A DNA stretch of 62,780 nt, counting the filler, from Globobulimina sp. (Eukaryota): NCBI GenBank assembly GCA_003354225.1. It is 48 parts of 48 records of this genome, joined end to end, with 100 filler letters (N's around TTAATTAATTAA, not from the genome) between each part and the next. Parts side by side here need not be neighbours in the genome. Positions count along the whole stretch, not along the records: positions 48,482 to 49,690 come from PIVH01020924.1; positions 49,791 to 50,999 come from PIVH01020925.1; positions 51,100 to 52,308 come from PIVH01020926.1; positions 52,409 to 53,617 come from PIVH01020927.1; positions 53,718 to 54,926 come from PIVH01020928.1; positions 55,027 to 56,235 come from PIVH01020929.1; positions 56,336 to 57,544 come from PIVH01020930.1; positions 57,645 to 58,853 come from PIVH01020931.1; 40 more parts are not named here. One strand, 5' to 3'. Below are positions 48,959-60,424 of the stretch, one piece after another. The position numbers and the translations under genes are program-made. Within the stretch, counting starts at the first letter, position 1, and the number at the start of each line of letters is the position of its first letter. The notes under the pieces were generated by a model. The model saw only the letters and a list, made by a program, of their open reading frames with translations, did not search any database and was not told the origin of the DNA.

Positions 48959-49800
48959 ATTCCAGTGATAAGTGACACAACTTTGTTCAATTTTGTTAAA
49001 TGTAGGCTTTAAATTCATTAGTTTGTTGAAATGGTCACTTTTCAAATGATGTAGTATTTAGTTTACTTGAATGTTATTTAAATGTCACATTTTATATTTC
49101 CTCTCTTTTGATGAGTGTTATGATTGAACTCATTTTGTTGTCAAACAGGTCACTTGTTATATTTTTAAATATGTATTAGTAAAGGTAGTAAACTTGTCTG
49201 AGTATTAGTGAACAGTGATAAAATAATGTATGCCATAGTCATTTTGCTGTTAAACTGGTCACTTATTTGTTCATGTATTAGTAAATAATTAACTTCAGTA
49301 TTAGTAAATAAAGTAAATATTTTTCAATTGTTGTGTTCAATATCCCACGTTCTTCAGCGTATCCAAGTTACCCATAATTCGTGTGTTTTACGAAATGTTA
49401 AGGTAAAAGTTGTAGACTTTTGTATGTCAGAGACCAAACGGTATACATCCTAATGTTTGTTCATGTGGTTTGAGTGGTAAACGTGATCGGTCACACCGAA
49501 TTGTCCCTTTTTGCCCATAATTGCGCATAAAAACAAGAAATATTATGTTATCAGATTAGCTACCTATTTACAAACAAATTAATTAATTTAAAAGTGGCGC
49601 CAGTAATATTATACTTTGATTATCACGTCAGACGACAAGCATACAGTATATCTTGTGTGGGCTCGTGCGCCGATTGTTGTTCACCGACTANNNNNNNNNN
49701 NNNNNNNNNNNNNNNNNNNNNNNNNNNNNNNNNNTTAATTAATTAANNNNNNNNNNNNNNNNNNNNNNNNNNNNNNNNNNNNNNNNNNNNGTAAAACACT

Positions 49801-50999
49801 TTATTCAAATATTTTGGCGTTGATATTATCCAAATGTGTAACGTATTGCGAATCAAACTCAAAATGATGTTTTTTAAATATTTGCGAAGCCGCTTCAGCA
49901 AAAGAAATTAATTCCTTACATTGAGGTTTGTTATTATCATATTTTATCCTCAAATCAGTGATGGTATCTTTAATTTTATGATAAATGTCTCGATGATCAA
50001 TATTATGAGAACACTTTAACGATTCCTCGAATCCATAGTAATGAAATAGTGTTTCTTCAGTCTTACAATGAACATCCCACTAAATACATAATTTAAAGTG
50101 CATATAATAGTACATATATATTTATGTAACTTAACTCGATGCAAAAGTTCAATAATATCTTTTAATCGGTATGTTTTATGCAAAGCGTTGATTAAATTTG
50201 CTAAATTTTCATGCTGTTTATCCAAAATATCAATATGTACAGAAAATACATCACTCCATGTAATCAACGATGCGGTGTCACTCATTATGTTGTTGACCAT
50301 TCTCTTACCACTCAATGTTTTATTCTTTGAGTCCCAAATACGATCCATTTGCTTCCACGATGTCCTTTTCAACGCCAGTGAACCTTTAACATTTCCAATA
50401 TAATGTTTGAGCAATATATTATCAGTAATTCGTGGGTGATTTAACATTTTTAATGGTTTGGTGACATCCTGTGATTTTTGAGCAATTTGCAAAATCACAT
50501 CAATTCCTCCGGGGTGATACGGTAAAAAACGAGTTAAATCATAAACTTTATCATGCCATACCAGCCAGAGATCCTTTACATTGTTATGTTGCAATATCTC
50601 ATTCCATTCATATTCATTATCAGCATTGACATGGACAGCAACTTCTTGTTTTATTTCTTTTTTTGCCGCAGATATATAATTAATTGTAACTTCCCCACTT
50701 TTCACATATAATCCGTGCTTTGTTTCGCATTTAAAATATGACATTTTCGCACCTAAATATGAAGAATAAATCTCACCGTTACAATTTCCCTTTGCTTCAA
50801 CTAACTCAATGCCAAAATACACGGTTTTCTGTGGGTAATAGGCACAGAATTTATAATATGTATGAAATACATATATATTTATGATGGATACCATGGTTTT
50901 ATCGAAAGCAGGAACGCCAACATATTTTATTATTGCAGTAGTATTTAGCTGTGGACATTGGATGATATCACCGATTGTAAATGGAATACTCTTTGCAGT
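49801..50999 (-). CDS. CAP-Gly / cytochrome b5 / hemerythrin fusion protein, 5' truncated, introns 50829-50891 and 50080-50135
   Basis: CAP-Gly: IKYVG, FGIEL, KGNCNG, YFKC..KHGLYV. Cytochrome b5: WLVWHDKVYDLTRFLPYHPGG, NHP, YIG. Hemerythrin: W...FSV....LDKQH, HCKTEE, HNIDH, HHFEFDSQY. Stop at 49801-49803. Confidence 0.88.
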
Positions 51000-51499
51000 N
51001 NNNNNNNNNNNNNNNNNNNNNNNNNNNNNNNNNNNNNNNNNNNTTAATTAATTAANNNNNNNNNNNNNNNNNNNNNNNNNNNNNNNNNNNNNNNNNNNNA
51101 AAATATCATTGAGCAAACACTAATCTGCGCGCTACTGCATTTGGCAAACACTTATTTGACAGACTATGTTGATCACAATGCAATATAAAATTCTAATTTT
51201 TACCGCGTTGAGTAGAGTTGCTTGTGAAATTTGTGTGAAGTGTTGAAATTTTTTGTTCCAAATTTGAATGAATATTTGTTCTAGAAGCGCAGAATGAGTT
51301 AAGAGAGTAGTATACTGTATGCTCACAGTCTGTGTATGGTAGGCAATCAAAGCATTGCAAATTGTGTCTTCTATAAAAAATAAGATTCGAAAAGTATGTA
51401 ATCTGCAAATTTTCCAACATGAATTTCAAGGAAAGAACAATTTTATTTTTATTTTTACAGGTTGCCTATAGCCGTTTTATGGGTTATAAACAGCCTACT

Positions 51500-51540
51500 G
51501 GACGTCAGAAAGCACATACATGTACAGTACCTATAAACAA
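51500..51540 (+). promoter_or_regulatory. Candidate Pol II promoter: CRE-like GACGTCA and TATA box (CCTATAAA)
   Basis: Lies upstream of a probable 5' UTR intron (about 51582-51657) and the ATG at 51660. Confidence 0.4.
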
Positions 51541-51659
51541 GAATCGCAATGTAATGCTCTATTTACAATTTATGCCATTAGGTTGGATGCTGGTCTAAAT
51601 CTGCCATCATAGAGCATATAGTTCTGTTATTTTGTTGTTTGTTCCTTTCTCCCATAGCT

Positions 51660-51860
51660 ATGAAATATACTACAATCTCACTTTTTGTTCTGGTCATCTT
51701 GTTGGCGATGATGGAAGTGAGTGGTGATGTCTCAAATGACCATACTGATCATGTCTCAGCTGATCAAAGTGCAAGTGAAAATGATCAACCAGTCAACAAC
51801 ATCCAAACTCAAAATGAACCATCAGCCAAGCAAGCACGATGTACTCCTCCTACTTGCTAA
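51660..51860 (+). CDS. Small secreted prepropeptide (66 aa) ending R-CTPPTC
   Basis: Classical signal peptide, acidic spacer, Arg site, two-Cys C-terminal core, tandem stops TAA TGA. Confidence 0.65.
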   Translation: MKYTTISLFVLVILLAMMEVSGDVSNDHTDHVSADQSASENDQPVNNIQTQNEPSAKQARCTPPTC

Positions 51861-52963
51861 TGAATGTTAGTGTTTCTGTTAGATTAGATTCGTGCTATTT
51901 AGTGATCTAGTAACTTTGAAACTTTTGATGAAATAAGAACTTAAAACTATACAATCTACTTGCACTATGAAAATGGTTCTCTTGCAAAACTGGAACTACA
52001 GTAACAAACATGTCATATAAGCATGTTAGGGACATATGGCTTTTTGGAATAACTTTACCAATGTTCCATACCCATATATGTAAAGTTTTGCAGCTTTTTA
52101 CATCGAAGCGTAGCCACAATACCCGGTGCCTTGATAATGTTTTTAAATTGGCACCGCTTGAATCTGGGGCGTTGTTACGTTCGTGCCAATTTATGCCACT
52201 TTTAGGGTTTAGTATGGTCTATGACTCCTTTGCTGAAAAATTTGTTTAAAAAATGTGTTTCCAAACGCAAATGGTCGTGGCATTGCTTACTGTTTAAACT
52301 AAGTGACCNNNNNNNNNNNNNNNNNNNNNNNNNNNNNNNNNNNNNNNNNNNNTTAATTAATTAANNNNNNNNNNNNNNNNNNNNNNNNNNNNNNNNNNNN
52401 NNNNNNNNTGAGCCAGGATGCTGTTGAAACAACGCAAACGATCTTCATAGCTTTCAACATTTTCACACGTATACCACAATAAAAATTTCGCACACACATC
52501 ACAACCAGTCTATTAAAAACTTTATTGTATTACATAGTGGTTATTATGTCAATTTACCTGACATAATTTTCTTCGTCGATCTCTTTCTTAAAAGAGTAGT
52601 CTTTTGTTTACACAAAGACAATGCGCAGTATTATTGTTAATGTCTAATTTCTCCGTTTACATAATGACGATATTATATTTTAATCTGACTGTTTCTGTTT
52701 ACACAGTGACAATGTACAATATATTTTTTAACTACTTGTCCTTCTATTTAAACAGTGATAATGCACAATGCTATACAATAATACAAATATGTCAAAAATT
52801 AAACAATAACGTCCTTTTGACAATTTTAGAGTATAGAAATTTTTAGTTGCAAAAATAATAATCCGTGCTCCAATAGTAACCCAAGATAACACGGGGTCAT
52901 TATTTACAAAAATGCAGTAGGCATGAAAAAAAAAGAAATGAGTTTTGAACAAGACTTATTATA

Positions 52964-53258
52964 CGGTGTCACAGAACACCCCGCCGATTTGAAACTTTAA
53001 AATTTCTCAGCAAAGGTTAGAGCTTTTGAAGCCTTTTCTGGCGAAAAAGAAACTTATTCATTGAGATCATTTTGCATCTGATAGGTACAAAGTTTGGACT
53101 TTCACTAGAGCTGCCGTTACTCTGTTATACAAATGAGATTCACAATTAACAATATACATTGGCTGAAGTTTCTTTTCCTCTAGAGTAGGCTTATAAAAGC
53201 TCAAACCACAGATGAGAAGTTACAGATTCAAATCGGCGGGGTGTTCTGGGACACCCTG
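52964..53258. mobile_element. Tc1/mariner-type MITE (~295 bp)
   Basis: TA-CGGTGTCACAGAACACCCCGCCGATTTGAA ... TTCAAATCGGCGGGGTGTTCTGGGACACCCTG-TA: ~30-bp TIRs with TA flanks. Confidence 0.88.
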
Positions 53259-53717
53259 TACTAAAGAGTACTAGACATTCCATTGCACAAACATGGCAAA
53301 TGCGTTGCGTCAAAACGAAACCAGTTGGGAGATGGAGCGACTCACTTAAACTTGATTTAATTACAGTAATTGGTCTTAATTGTTCTTGATAACAAAATAC
53401 AAGGTGGCCACCTATTGAAGTACAAACTTTTGACTGTGCAACTACTGCATGCATCTACTATCAGTCAGTACAGTAAGTATGCATTTTTTATTTCTGTTGC
53501 ATGCTGTTCTTCCTTTAAAGTAAGAAGAAAAATGTGACAAAAAGGACAAACAATTTCGAGAACTTTGATAGCAGAAATTTCAAAAAGGAGATTTTCATAA
53601 TTTTCAAGAGTGCTATTNNNNNNNNNNNNNNNNNNNNNNNNNNNNNNNNNNNNNNNNNNNNTTAATTAATTAANNNNNNNNNNNNNNNNNNNNNNNNNNN
53701 NNNNNNNNNNNNNNNNN

Positions 53718-54325
53718 TTGTATTTTAATAAAAGCAGTTTGTCATAATTTGACAATGGATATATTTTGTTAAATGCATAGGCTCTGTGAAATGTGTCACG
53801 AAATTGTTTATGGTTTGCATTATTAATAAATGCATCATCAATTTCACTCGAGTCAAATGGTATTATTTTGAGGTTCGCATATTTCATATCATTTTGTAAT
53901 ATTGTTAAAATTGAATCAATTGGATGTGATTTGAATTCTTGTCGCTCAGATTGCGGTATTAAGACAATATGATCATATTTTGATTTTATTCTTATTAAAC
54001 CGCCATGAAATGATAATATTCCATACATTTGTTCTGTAATATCGATATTTAAATCAATGCAATGAATGTAAGCGTATTTAGAAGGTGTTTGTTCAGTTAG
54101 TTTGCGATTAATATGTGGATATTTATTAATATGTGCTGCTTTGCATTGTTGTGTAGTGGATAGCATTGATAACTTTAACGATGAATAAATCGTATTTGGC
54201 GACACTGGAATTTCTGAGAGTGTCTGTATCCATGGGTTCGTTTTGTGTAAAACAAACAATGATATCGTCGTCAACATTATTGCTACCATACATAAATATT
54301 TCAACTGAAAAGCAAACGGATTCAT
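53718..54325 (-). CDS. Type II membrane glycosyltransferase, GT8/glycogenin-like, 3' truncated
   Basis: N-terminal signal anchor, KYAYI, SKYDHIVLI, LSNYDKLLLL. The DxD motif is not seen. Confidence 0.5.
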
Positions 54326-55027
54326 GCTTTATAGTTAAAATCTGGATGGGATAATAATGAAACTGGAGGTACTTACTACTTACTAGTCTTACCTCCCTGT
54401 GGCGTTACACTCCAAAAGTCGAAGCCCGATCGCCACAATGAAGTTGTGACTGCAGTGTTGGGAATGGGGCCGTGAAGAGTTATTTAAATCCAATTTAGTT
54501 GTAAACATCGAGAAAATGCAATATTGATGTATAAGCATATGTATTATATCAGTACAACGTATTAAATATAGTTATGGGAAAGACCACCCAAAACAGCTTA
54601 AATAAATCTAAACCTGCATAAAATAATACATCATAATTACATACAGATTTATCAATTGCTAACATAGCACTGATTGTATGTTTGATTACATAAATGAAGA
54701 ATAAAGTTTTATTAAATCAGTTATGTGTGTGGGGCTGCGCGGTATGGCTTACGACCAAATCGTATGGGATACAAACAAATAAATCGCTTAACTCTATCAA
54801 GGATTATATACATTTATTTCCACTCAAATATATTGAAAATAATACCTATTTTGATGCAGAATTAAAACAGAAATATGTGCAGCAATGTTTTTGTGTTTCT
54901 GCTGCGAAAAATAAAGCGATTAATATNNNNNNNNNNNNNNNNNNNNNNNNNNNNNNNNNNNNNNNNNNNNTTAATTAATTAANNNNNNNNNNNNNNNNNN
55001 NNNNNNNNNNNNNNNNNNNNNNNNNNT

Positions 55028-55777
55028 ACACAGTTTGAGCCTGGTGATGAAGTAAACCTGGTTGGCTACTGGCGTTTTGATCAAGGACGTGATGTTACTG
55101 ATAACACTGATTTACCAAATGAAGTTATAGATTATTCAGAGAATTGTAATACGGGAACATTAAATGGCTTTGCTCTTTCAGCAGGAACTGGGAATTGGAT
55201 ATCAACCACTAATAATGGAGCACCTATTTTAACAACCTCCTCAGCTTACAATGTATCTTCTTTATCTGCCGATGTTGATATTGAAATATTTAGCACTGGA
55301 GCATCAACTACAGGTGGTTACGGTGTGTGTTGGAGTTTAAGTGCTTGCCCTACAGTAAACGATAATTCTGTCACTGTTAATGCAACTATTTCAAGTTCAG
55401 TTTATACGCAGAATATTTCTTGTTTATTTTCGAACACTACCTATTATGCAAGAGCATTTGCTTGGAATGTGGAAGGTCTTTCATATGGAGAAACCAGAAG
55501 TTTTACGACTACAACTACAGGAGGCTATGATAATGTTTGGAATGGTTGTGTAAGTGTGGATTGGTTTAATCCAGCAAATTGGAGTATAAATGCAATTCCA
55601 GTTTCCTCTGATGATATACTAATCCCGGCAAATACACCATTTCAACCCAGGATTCTATTGACATCTCCGGTTTATAATCCAGGAAGTCAGGATGCTCAAT
55701 GTAGGACTATTGATATAAATGTTGATGATGGGGCTATTGTTACAATTGAAGCAGGCAGAGTTTTAAACACGAATTAA
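55028..55777 (+). CDS. Bacteroidota-type surface protein C-terminus (end of LamG-like domain plus FN3-like domain)
   Basis: LVGYWRFDQG, GVCWS, NTTYYARAFAWN..GLSYG...FTT, WNG..S.DW....NW. Confidence 0.75.
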   Translation, partial: TQFEPGDEVNLVGYWRFDQGRDVTDNTDLPNEVIDYSENCNTGTLNGFALSAGTGNWISTTNNGAPILTTSSAYNVSSLSADVDIEIFSTGASTTGGYGVCWSLSACPTVNDNSVTVNATISSSVYTQNISCLFSNTTYYARAFAWNVEGLSYGETRSFTTTTTGGYDNVWNGCVSVDWFNPANWSINAIPVSSDDILIPANTPFQPRILLTSPVYNPGSQDAQCRTIDINVDDGAIVTIEAGRVLNTN

Positions 55778-55804
55778 AGTCATGGGCTTATTTATAATTT
55801 AAAA

Positions 55805-56235
55805 ATGAAAAGATTAATTATAACATATTTTATTTTATTGCTTTCGTTTATCGGATACGCCCAATTATACAATGATGGAGCTATTCTTACAATACAAGAA
55901 AATGCAATTGTTTCGTCGTCAATGAATATTGAGAATTATGGTACTATTTTTAACAAAGGTAGTATTTATCTTTCTGCTGATTGGTTAAATTTAAATACTT
56001 ACGATGTTACTGGAACGATGATTTTGAACGGGGAAAGTTCACAAACAATTAATCACAACAATCAGGATTTTAATGTTTTAATAATTGATGGGGCGGGAGA
56101 GAAGTTTTTAAGCAGTGATGCTAACATTTTATCAGAGTTATCATTAAACAACGGAATATTAACTGTGAATGTTGGTGTTAAATTGATTTTAAAAGAAAAT
56201 GCGATTTCAACAAATTCATCTCAAAATTCGTTTGT
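55805..56235 (+). CDS. Bacteroidota secreted protein N-terminus, probable T9SS cargo, 3' truncated
   Basis: Signal peptide ending YAQ, then LYNDGA. Starts 27 bp after the upstream stop with an A-rich leader and no Shine-Dalgarno. Confidence 0.7.
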
Positions 56236-56939
56236 NNNNNNNNNNNNNNNNNNNNNNNNNNNNNNNNNNNNNNNNNNNNTTAATTAATTAANNNNNNNNN
56301 NNNNNNNNNNNNNNNNNNNNNNNNNNNNNNNNNNNGACGCGAATGTCGACAAATTTCAGTATAGCTTTGAGACCACATATCTCGGCAACACAGAGTCGTA
56401 GAAAGCTGGGATTAGCGCCAGTCGAAGCGCAATAAAAAGTTGCGTATAGAGACGTATGGAATACGAGCTTTTTATTGCATTTTTTTATACTTTTGGTGCC
56501 CAAAAACGTTTTTTAGAACTTTTTGACATTTTTACGTCTACCGGATCTCTGAAAATCGATCATAAGTCGCCAGGGATTAATTTTTGGAAAAATGTTCAAG
56601 ACATCAAAAATGATCGCTGAGACGAGTGGAATCGACTGGTTTACTCCGATTTCACTTTTGGGCAAGTCACGAAAACCCGTTTCTGAGAGGTTTCACAGAA
56701 ATGGAGGTTCATTATGTTTCATTGTTGTTTTTGTTATCTCTACTAATGTATATACACGCATATAAACCTTATTTCTACACACATCATTCACATGACCGAA
56801 TGTTACTGAGAAGAGTGGAAGGAAGAAGAGATGAATGATCAAAAGAGATCGGAAAGACAAGAATGAGAGGAACAAGCAAGGCACAATCGCGAATTGATGC
56901 AGCAATTGATGCAAGAAGGAAATGGGCGACAAAGGGGCT

Positions 56940-57250
56940 TGAATAACAGCCGAAAGCATTTTACGGCGACAATATGAAGGACCATCAGGACTTTGACACA
57001 TGGTTGGCAACTGTAGTGGCTTATTCGACGAAGGCTGGCGAACTGCAGTTAGATGTGTTGCAATGGAGTTTGAAAGGAAATGCCCAAGAACCATTTACAT
57101 CAAACCCCAATGACCCGAAGACCACGTGCGAGGGTAAGTTTGAACGTTTCGACCATTGGTAAAGGTCCATGTTAACATCCATATTGGCTGCACTCAAGTT
57201 GATAGAGATGAAACAGAATGAATCGGTTATCAACTACCGTACAGTGCTAT
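56940..57250 (+). pseudogene. Possible degenerate LTR-retrotransposon gag remnant
   Basis: FDTWL, LKGNA, in-frame stop, then LIEMKQNESVINY (resembles gag Q..ESV..Y). Confidence 0.4.
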
Positions 57251-57646
57251 AAAGTGTACCTGGGCAGGGCACACTAATTGGCAAACAGGAAAACTTTATG
57301 TCATCGTGGTGGTGATTTCGTTTGTATGATTTTCCGGCTATTTCTTGTTTAGATGAGAACAAGCAGATGGCCCTGACATAATAACAGGAAACACCACACA
57401 ATACAAAATAAAGAAAGTGAACGACGGTTGACTTGTAAGACTATGGCTGTACAAAAGGACCAACAACATAAATTATTATTTATTCATTGGACCATAAAAA
57501 CGTATAGTAACGCATAAGGTTAGTACAGCACACAAGAAAGTCTTNNNNNNNNNNNNNNNNNNNNNNNNNNNNNNNNNNNNNNNNNNNNTTAATTAATTAA
57601 NNNNNNNNNNNNNNNNNNNNNNNNNNNNNNNNNNNNNNNNNNNNTT

Positions 57647-58756
57647 AATAAAGCATTGGGTGATACATTGGAGGCAATTGCATTGGGTGGTTGTGATGCA
57701 TTTTATAGAGGCAATTTAACATTGAAAATGGCAAATTACTTAAATTCTGTTGGTTCACCATTGCGTTTTGATGATTTTGCAAACCATTATGGCAGTTGGA
57801 CGGATCCAGTAAATGTAACATATCGAGATAATTATTTAATATCTGAATTAGCAGATAATATGCAAGGAATTGCAGCCTTACAAATGTTAAATATGATGGA
57901 ATTGTACGAGTTTGATGGCTTAAATACAGCGGACTATATACACTTAAATGTGGAAATAAAGAAATTAGTGTTTGCGGATCGTGCGAAATATTATGCGGAT
58001 GATTCATATAAAGATGTTTGTATACCAATCGATGGATTAATATCAAAGGAATATGCATTGGAAAGGAACAAATTAATAAATAGAGAGAAAGCAGCAATGG
58101 ATGTGGGAGCAGGTGATTTAGAATGTGAGCCATTGCCAATCAATCAAGGTTATGGTGATACCATTTATCTCACCACAGCAGATGCAAATGGAATGATGGT
58201 TAGTTTGATACAATCAAATTATGGAGGTTTTGGTTCTGCGCTGACAGAGAAAACATTGGGTTTCACATTCCAAAATCGAGGTGCTTTGTTTTCATTAGTC
58301 AACGGGTCAGCTAATCAATATGATGTTGGCAAAAGACCATTCCATACCATAATCCCAGCATTTATGCATATTAAAAATGAGAGTGATAATGGATGGATAC
58401 CTTACATGTCATTTGGTGTAATGGGCGGTGCAGTTCAACCTCAAGGACATGTACAGATTGTTAGTAATATGGTTGATTTTGGATTAAATGTACAAGAAAG
58501 TGGTGATGTGTCTAGGTGGACACATGAAGGAAGTCAACAACCAACCGGACAGAATATGTCATCCGATGGAGGTGTTGTATTGTTAGAATCTGGAATTTGT
58601 TTGGATGTTGCAAATACATTAATAACGGAGAAAGGTCATAAAGTAAGATATTCTACAAATACAGGTGGATATCAAGCTATTGTTGTGGAGCATATCAAAG
58701 GTGTTTATTTTGGTGCTACTGAATTGAGAAAAGATGGAATTGCAATTGGATATTAA
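57647..58756 (+). CDS. ggt: Gamma-glutamyltransferase family protein (YwrD-like), 5' truncated
   Basis: KKLVFADRAKYYAD, GDTIYL (nucleophile Thr), SLIQSNYGGFGS, FQNRG, KRPFHTIIP, FGVMGG..QPQGH. Confidence 0.93.
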   Translation, partial: NKALGDTLEAIALGGCDAFYRGNLTLKMANYLNSVGSPLRFDDFANHYGSWTDPVNVTYRDNYLISELADNMQGIAALQMLNMMELYEFDGLNTADYIHLNVEIKKLVFADRAKYYADDSYKDVCIPIDGLISKEYALERNKLINREKAAMDVGAGDLECEPLPINQGYGDTIYLTTADANGMMVSLIQSNYGGFGSALTEKTLGFTFQNRGALFSLVNGSANQYDVGKRPFHTIIPAFMHIKNESDNGWIPYMSFGVMGGAVQPQGHVQIVSNMVDFGLNVQESGDVSRWTHEGSQQPTGQNMSSDGGVVLLESGICLDVANTLITEKGHKVRYSTNTGGYQAIVVEHIKGVYFGATELRKDGIAIGY

Positions 58757-59754
58757 AATATATATCAACCGAAATTGTAAATTTGTAAATGTTTGTCGTT
58801 ATGTGTACTGAAACCTAATATTGAGTCTCAAAAACCTGTCCGCGGATCTTCATNNNNNNNNNNNNNNNNNNNNNNNNNNNNNNNNNNNNNNNNNNNNTTA
58901 ATTAATTAANNNNNNNNNNNNNNNNNNNNNNNNNNNNNNNNNNNNNNNNNNNNGGTTGACAAATAATTTGCATCTAAATCCAATAACCCGTACAAATTTA
59001 TTCTTGCTTTTCTAAACCCTGTGAAGGTGTTGATATATAACTCAAATTCCAACGGCACGCACAAATTTTTGACATAATGCGGCCGGATCTGTTCCGTTTA
59101 GAATATAATCGTCATCAAAATATCCATAGATATAATTATCTAATTTTTGAGCATAGGATGCAATAAACTCCAAATTCCCTTTTTATCAAATAATTTCACA
59201 CAAATAACACCAACAATGATTACAGCAACAAAAAAAGCAAGTATTAATATATATAAATTCCATATTTTACTTTTAAGTCTCCATATTACTTTTATATAAA
59301 TTCCATATATAAATCCTATGCTTTTAAAACGAACTAACGATGTTTCTTTGCGGCTTTATCATGGTGTCTTATGTTGTTGTAATGTCATATGTCGTTGTAC
59401 ATTATGTATCATATAATCGATTGTGTAATTGCACTTCCGCCACTTCGGTTGTTTCCATTGTTTTTGTGCTAAATAAAGTTTTGTGACATGGCACATCTTT
59501 CTTTGCAACAAAAAAAGGCAATCGCAGCAGCGATTACAACTCTATCCATTGATTTGACAGAAACTAAACATCCAGCACAAAGTAATAATTTATTTTCAAC
59601 TGTCGCATCAGTTATTTGCCGGATATTTAGGTAATAATAAGTTTTGCCGGATATTTAGTTAACAATGTAATATCAGTCTTTTGTTTGCAATGTCCACATT
59701 GTGGCATTCTGTTGTTTGTTGTCATTACACAAAATGTAGCTCACTTCAAAAAAA

Positions 59755-59799
59755 CATCATCATCATGCATCATCATCATCATGCATCATCATCATCATG

Positions 59800-59832
<33 letters not shown>

Positions 59833-60162
59833 GCATCATCATCATGCATCAGCATCATCATCATCATCATCATGCATCATCATCATCATCATCAACACCA
59901 TCATCACCATCATCATGCATCATCTTCATCATGCATCATCATCATCATGCATCATCATCATCATCTTCATCATGCATCTTCATCATGCATCATCATCATC
60001 ATCATCATCATCTTCATCATGCATCATCTTCATCATGCATCATCATCATCATCATCATCATCTTCATCATGCATCATCTTCATCATGCATCATCATCATC
60101 ATCATCATCATGCATCATCATCATCATCATCAACACCATCATCACCATCATCATGCATCATC
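59755..60162. repeat. Imperfect (CAT)n microsatellite, ~400 bp, with recurrent G insertions and CTT/CAC variants
   Basis: Directly visible; runs off the contig end. Confidence 0.97.
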
Positions 60163-60262
60163 NNNNNNNNNNNNNNNNNNNNNNNNNNNNNNNNNNNNNN
60201 NNNNNNTTAATTAATTAANNNNNNNNNNNNNNNNNNNNNNNNNNNNNNNNNNNNNNNNNNNN

Positions 60263-60424
60263 AATAGGTTAATAATAAAATGTTAATGGTTCCCGATGAA
60301 ACACAACCTTTAACAATTCAATTTTGACTTTCAATGTTTTTATTTTGAATAATCTGTAAAAAACTGTAAATTCAAAGAGTTAAATGTTACCTTTAACATT
60401 TTATTATTAACCTATTTTCCTTCC
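60263..60424 (+). mobile_element. Nearly complete ~170-bp MITE with 32-bp TIRs
   Basis: Left TIR lacks 8 bp at the contig edge. Right TIR TTAACATTTTATTATTAACCTATTTTCCTTCC at 60393-60424. Confidence 0.88.

Noticed and set aside
57645-58139. Antisense shadow ORFs (also 3450-3779, 34453-34722, 42171-42709 and similar)
   Set aside because: They overlap well-supported genes in another frame or strand and carry no motifs.
58954-59290. Possible membrane-protein gene on the minus strand
   Set aside because: All frames are interrupted by stops and no family is recognisable.
59681-60218. His-rich metal-binding proteins in three frames
   Set aside because: They are translations of the CAT microsatellite.
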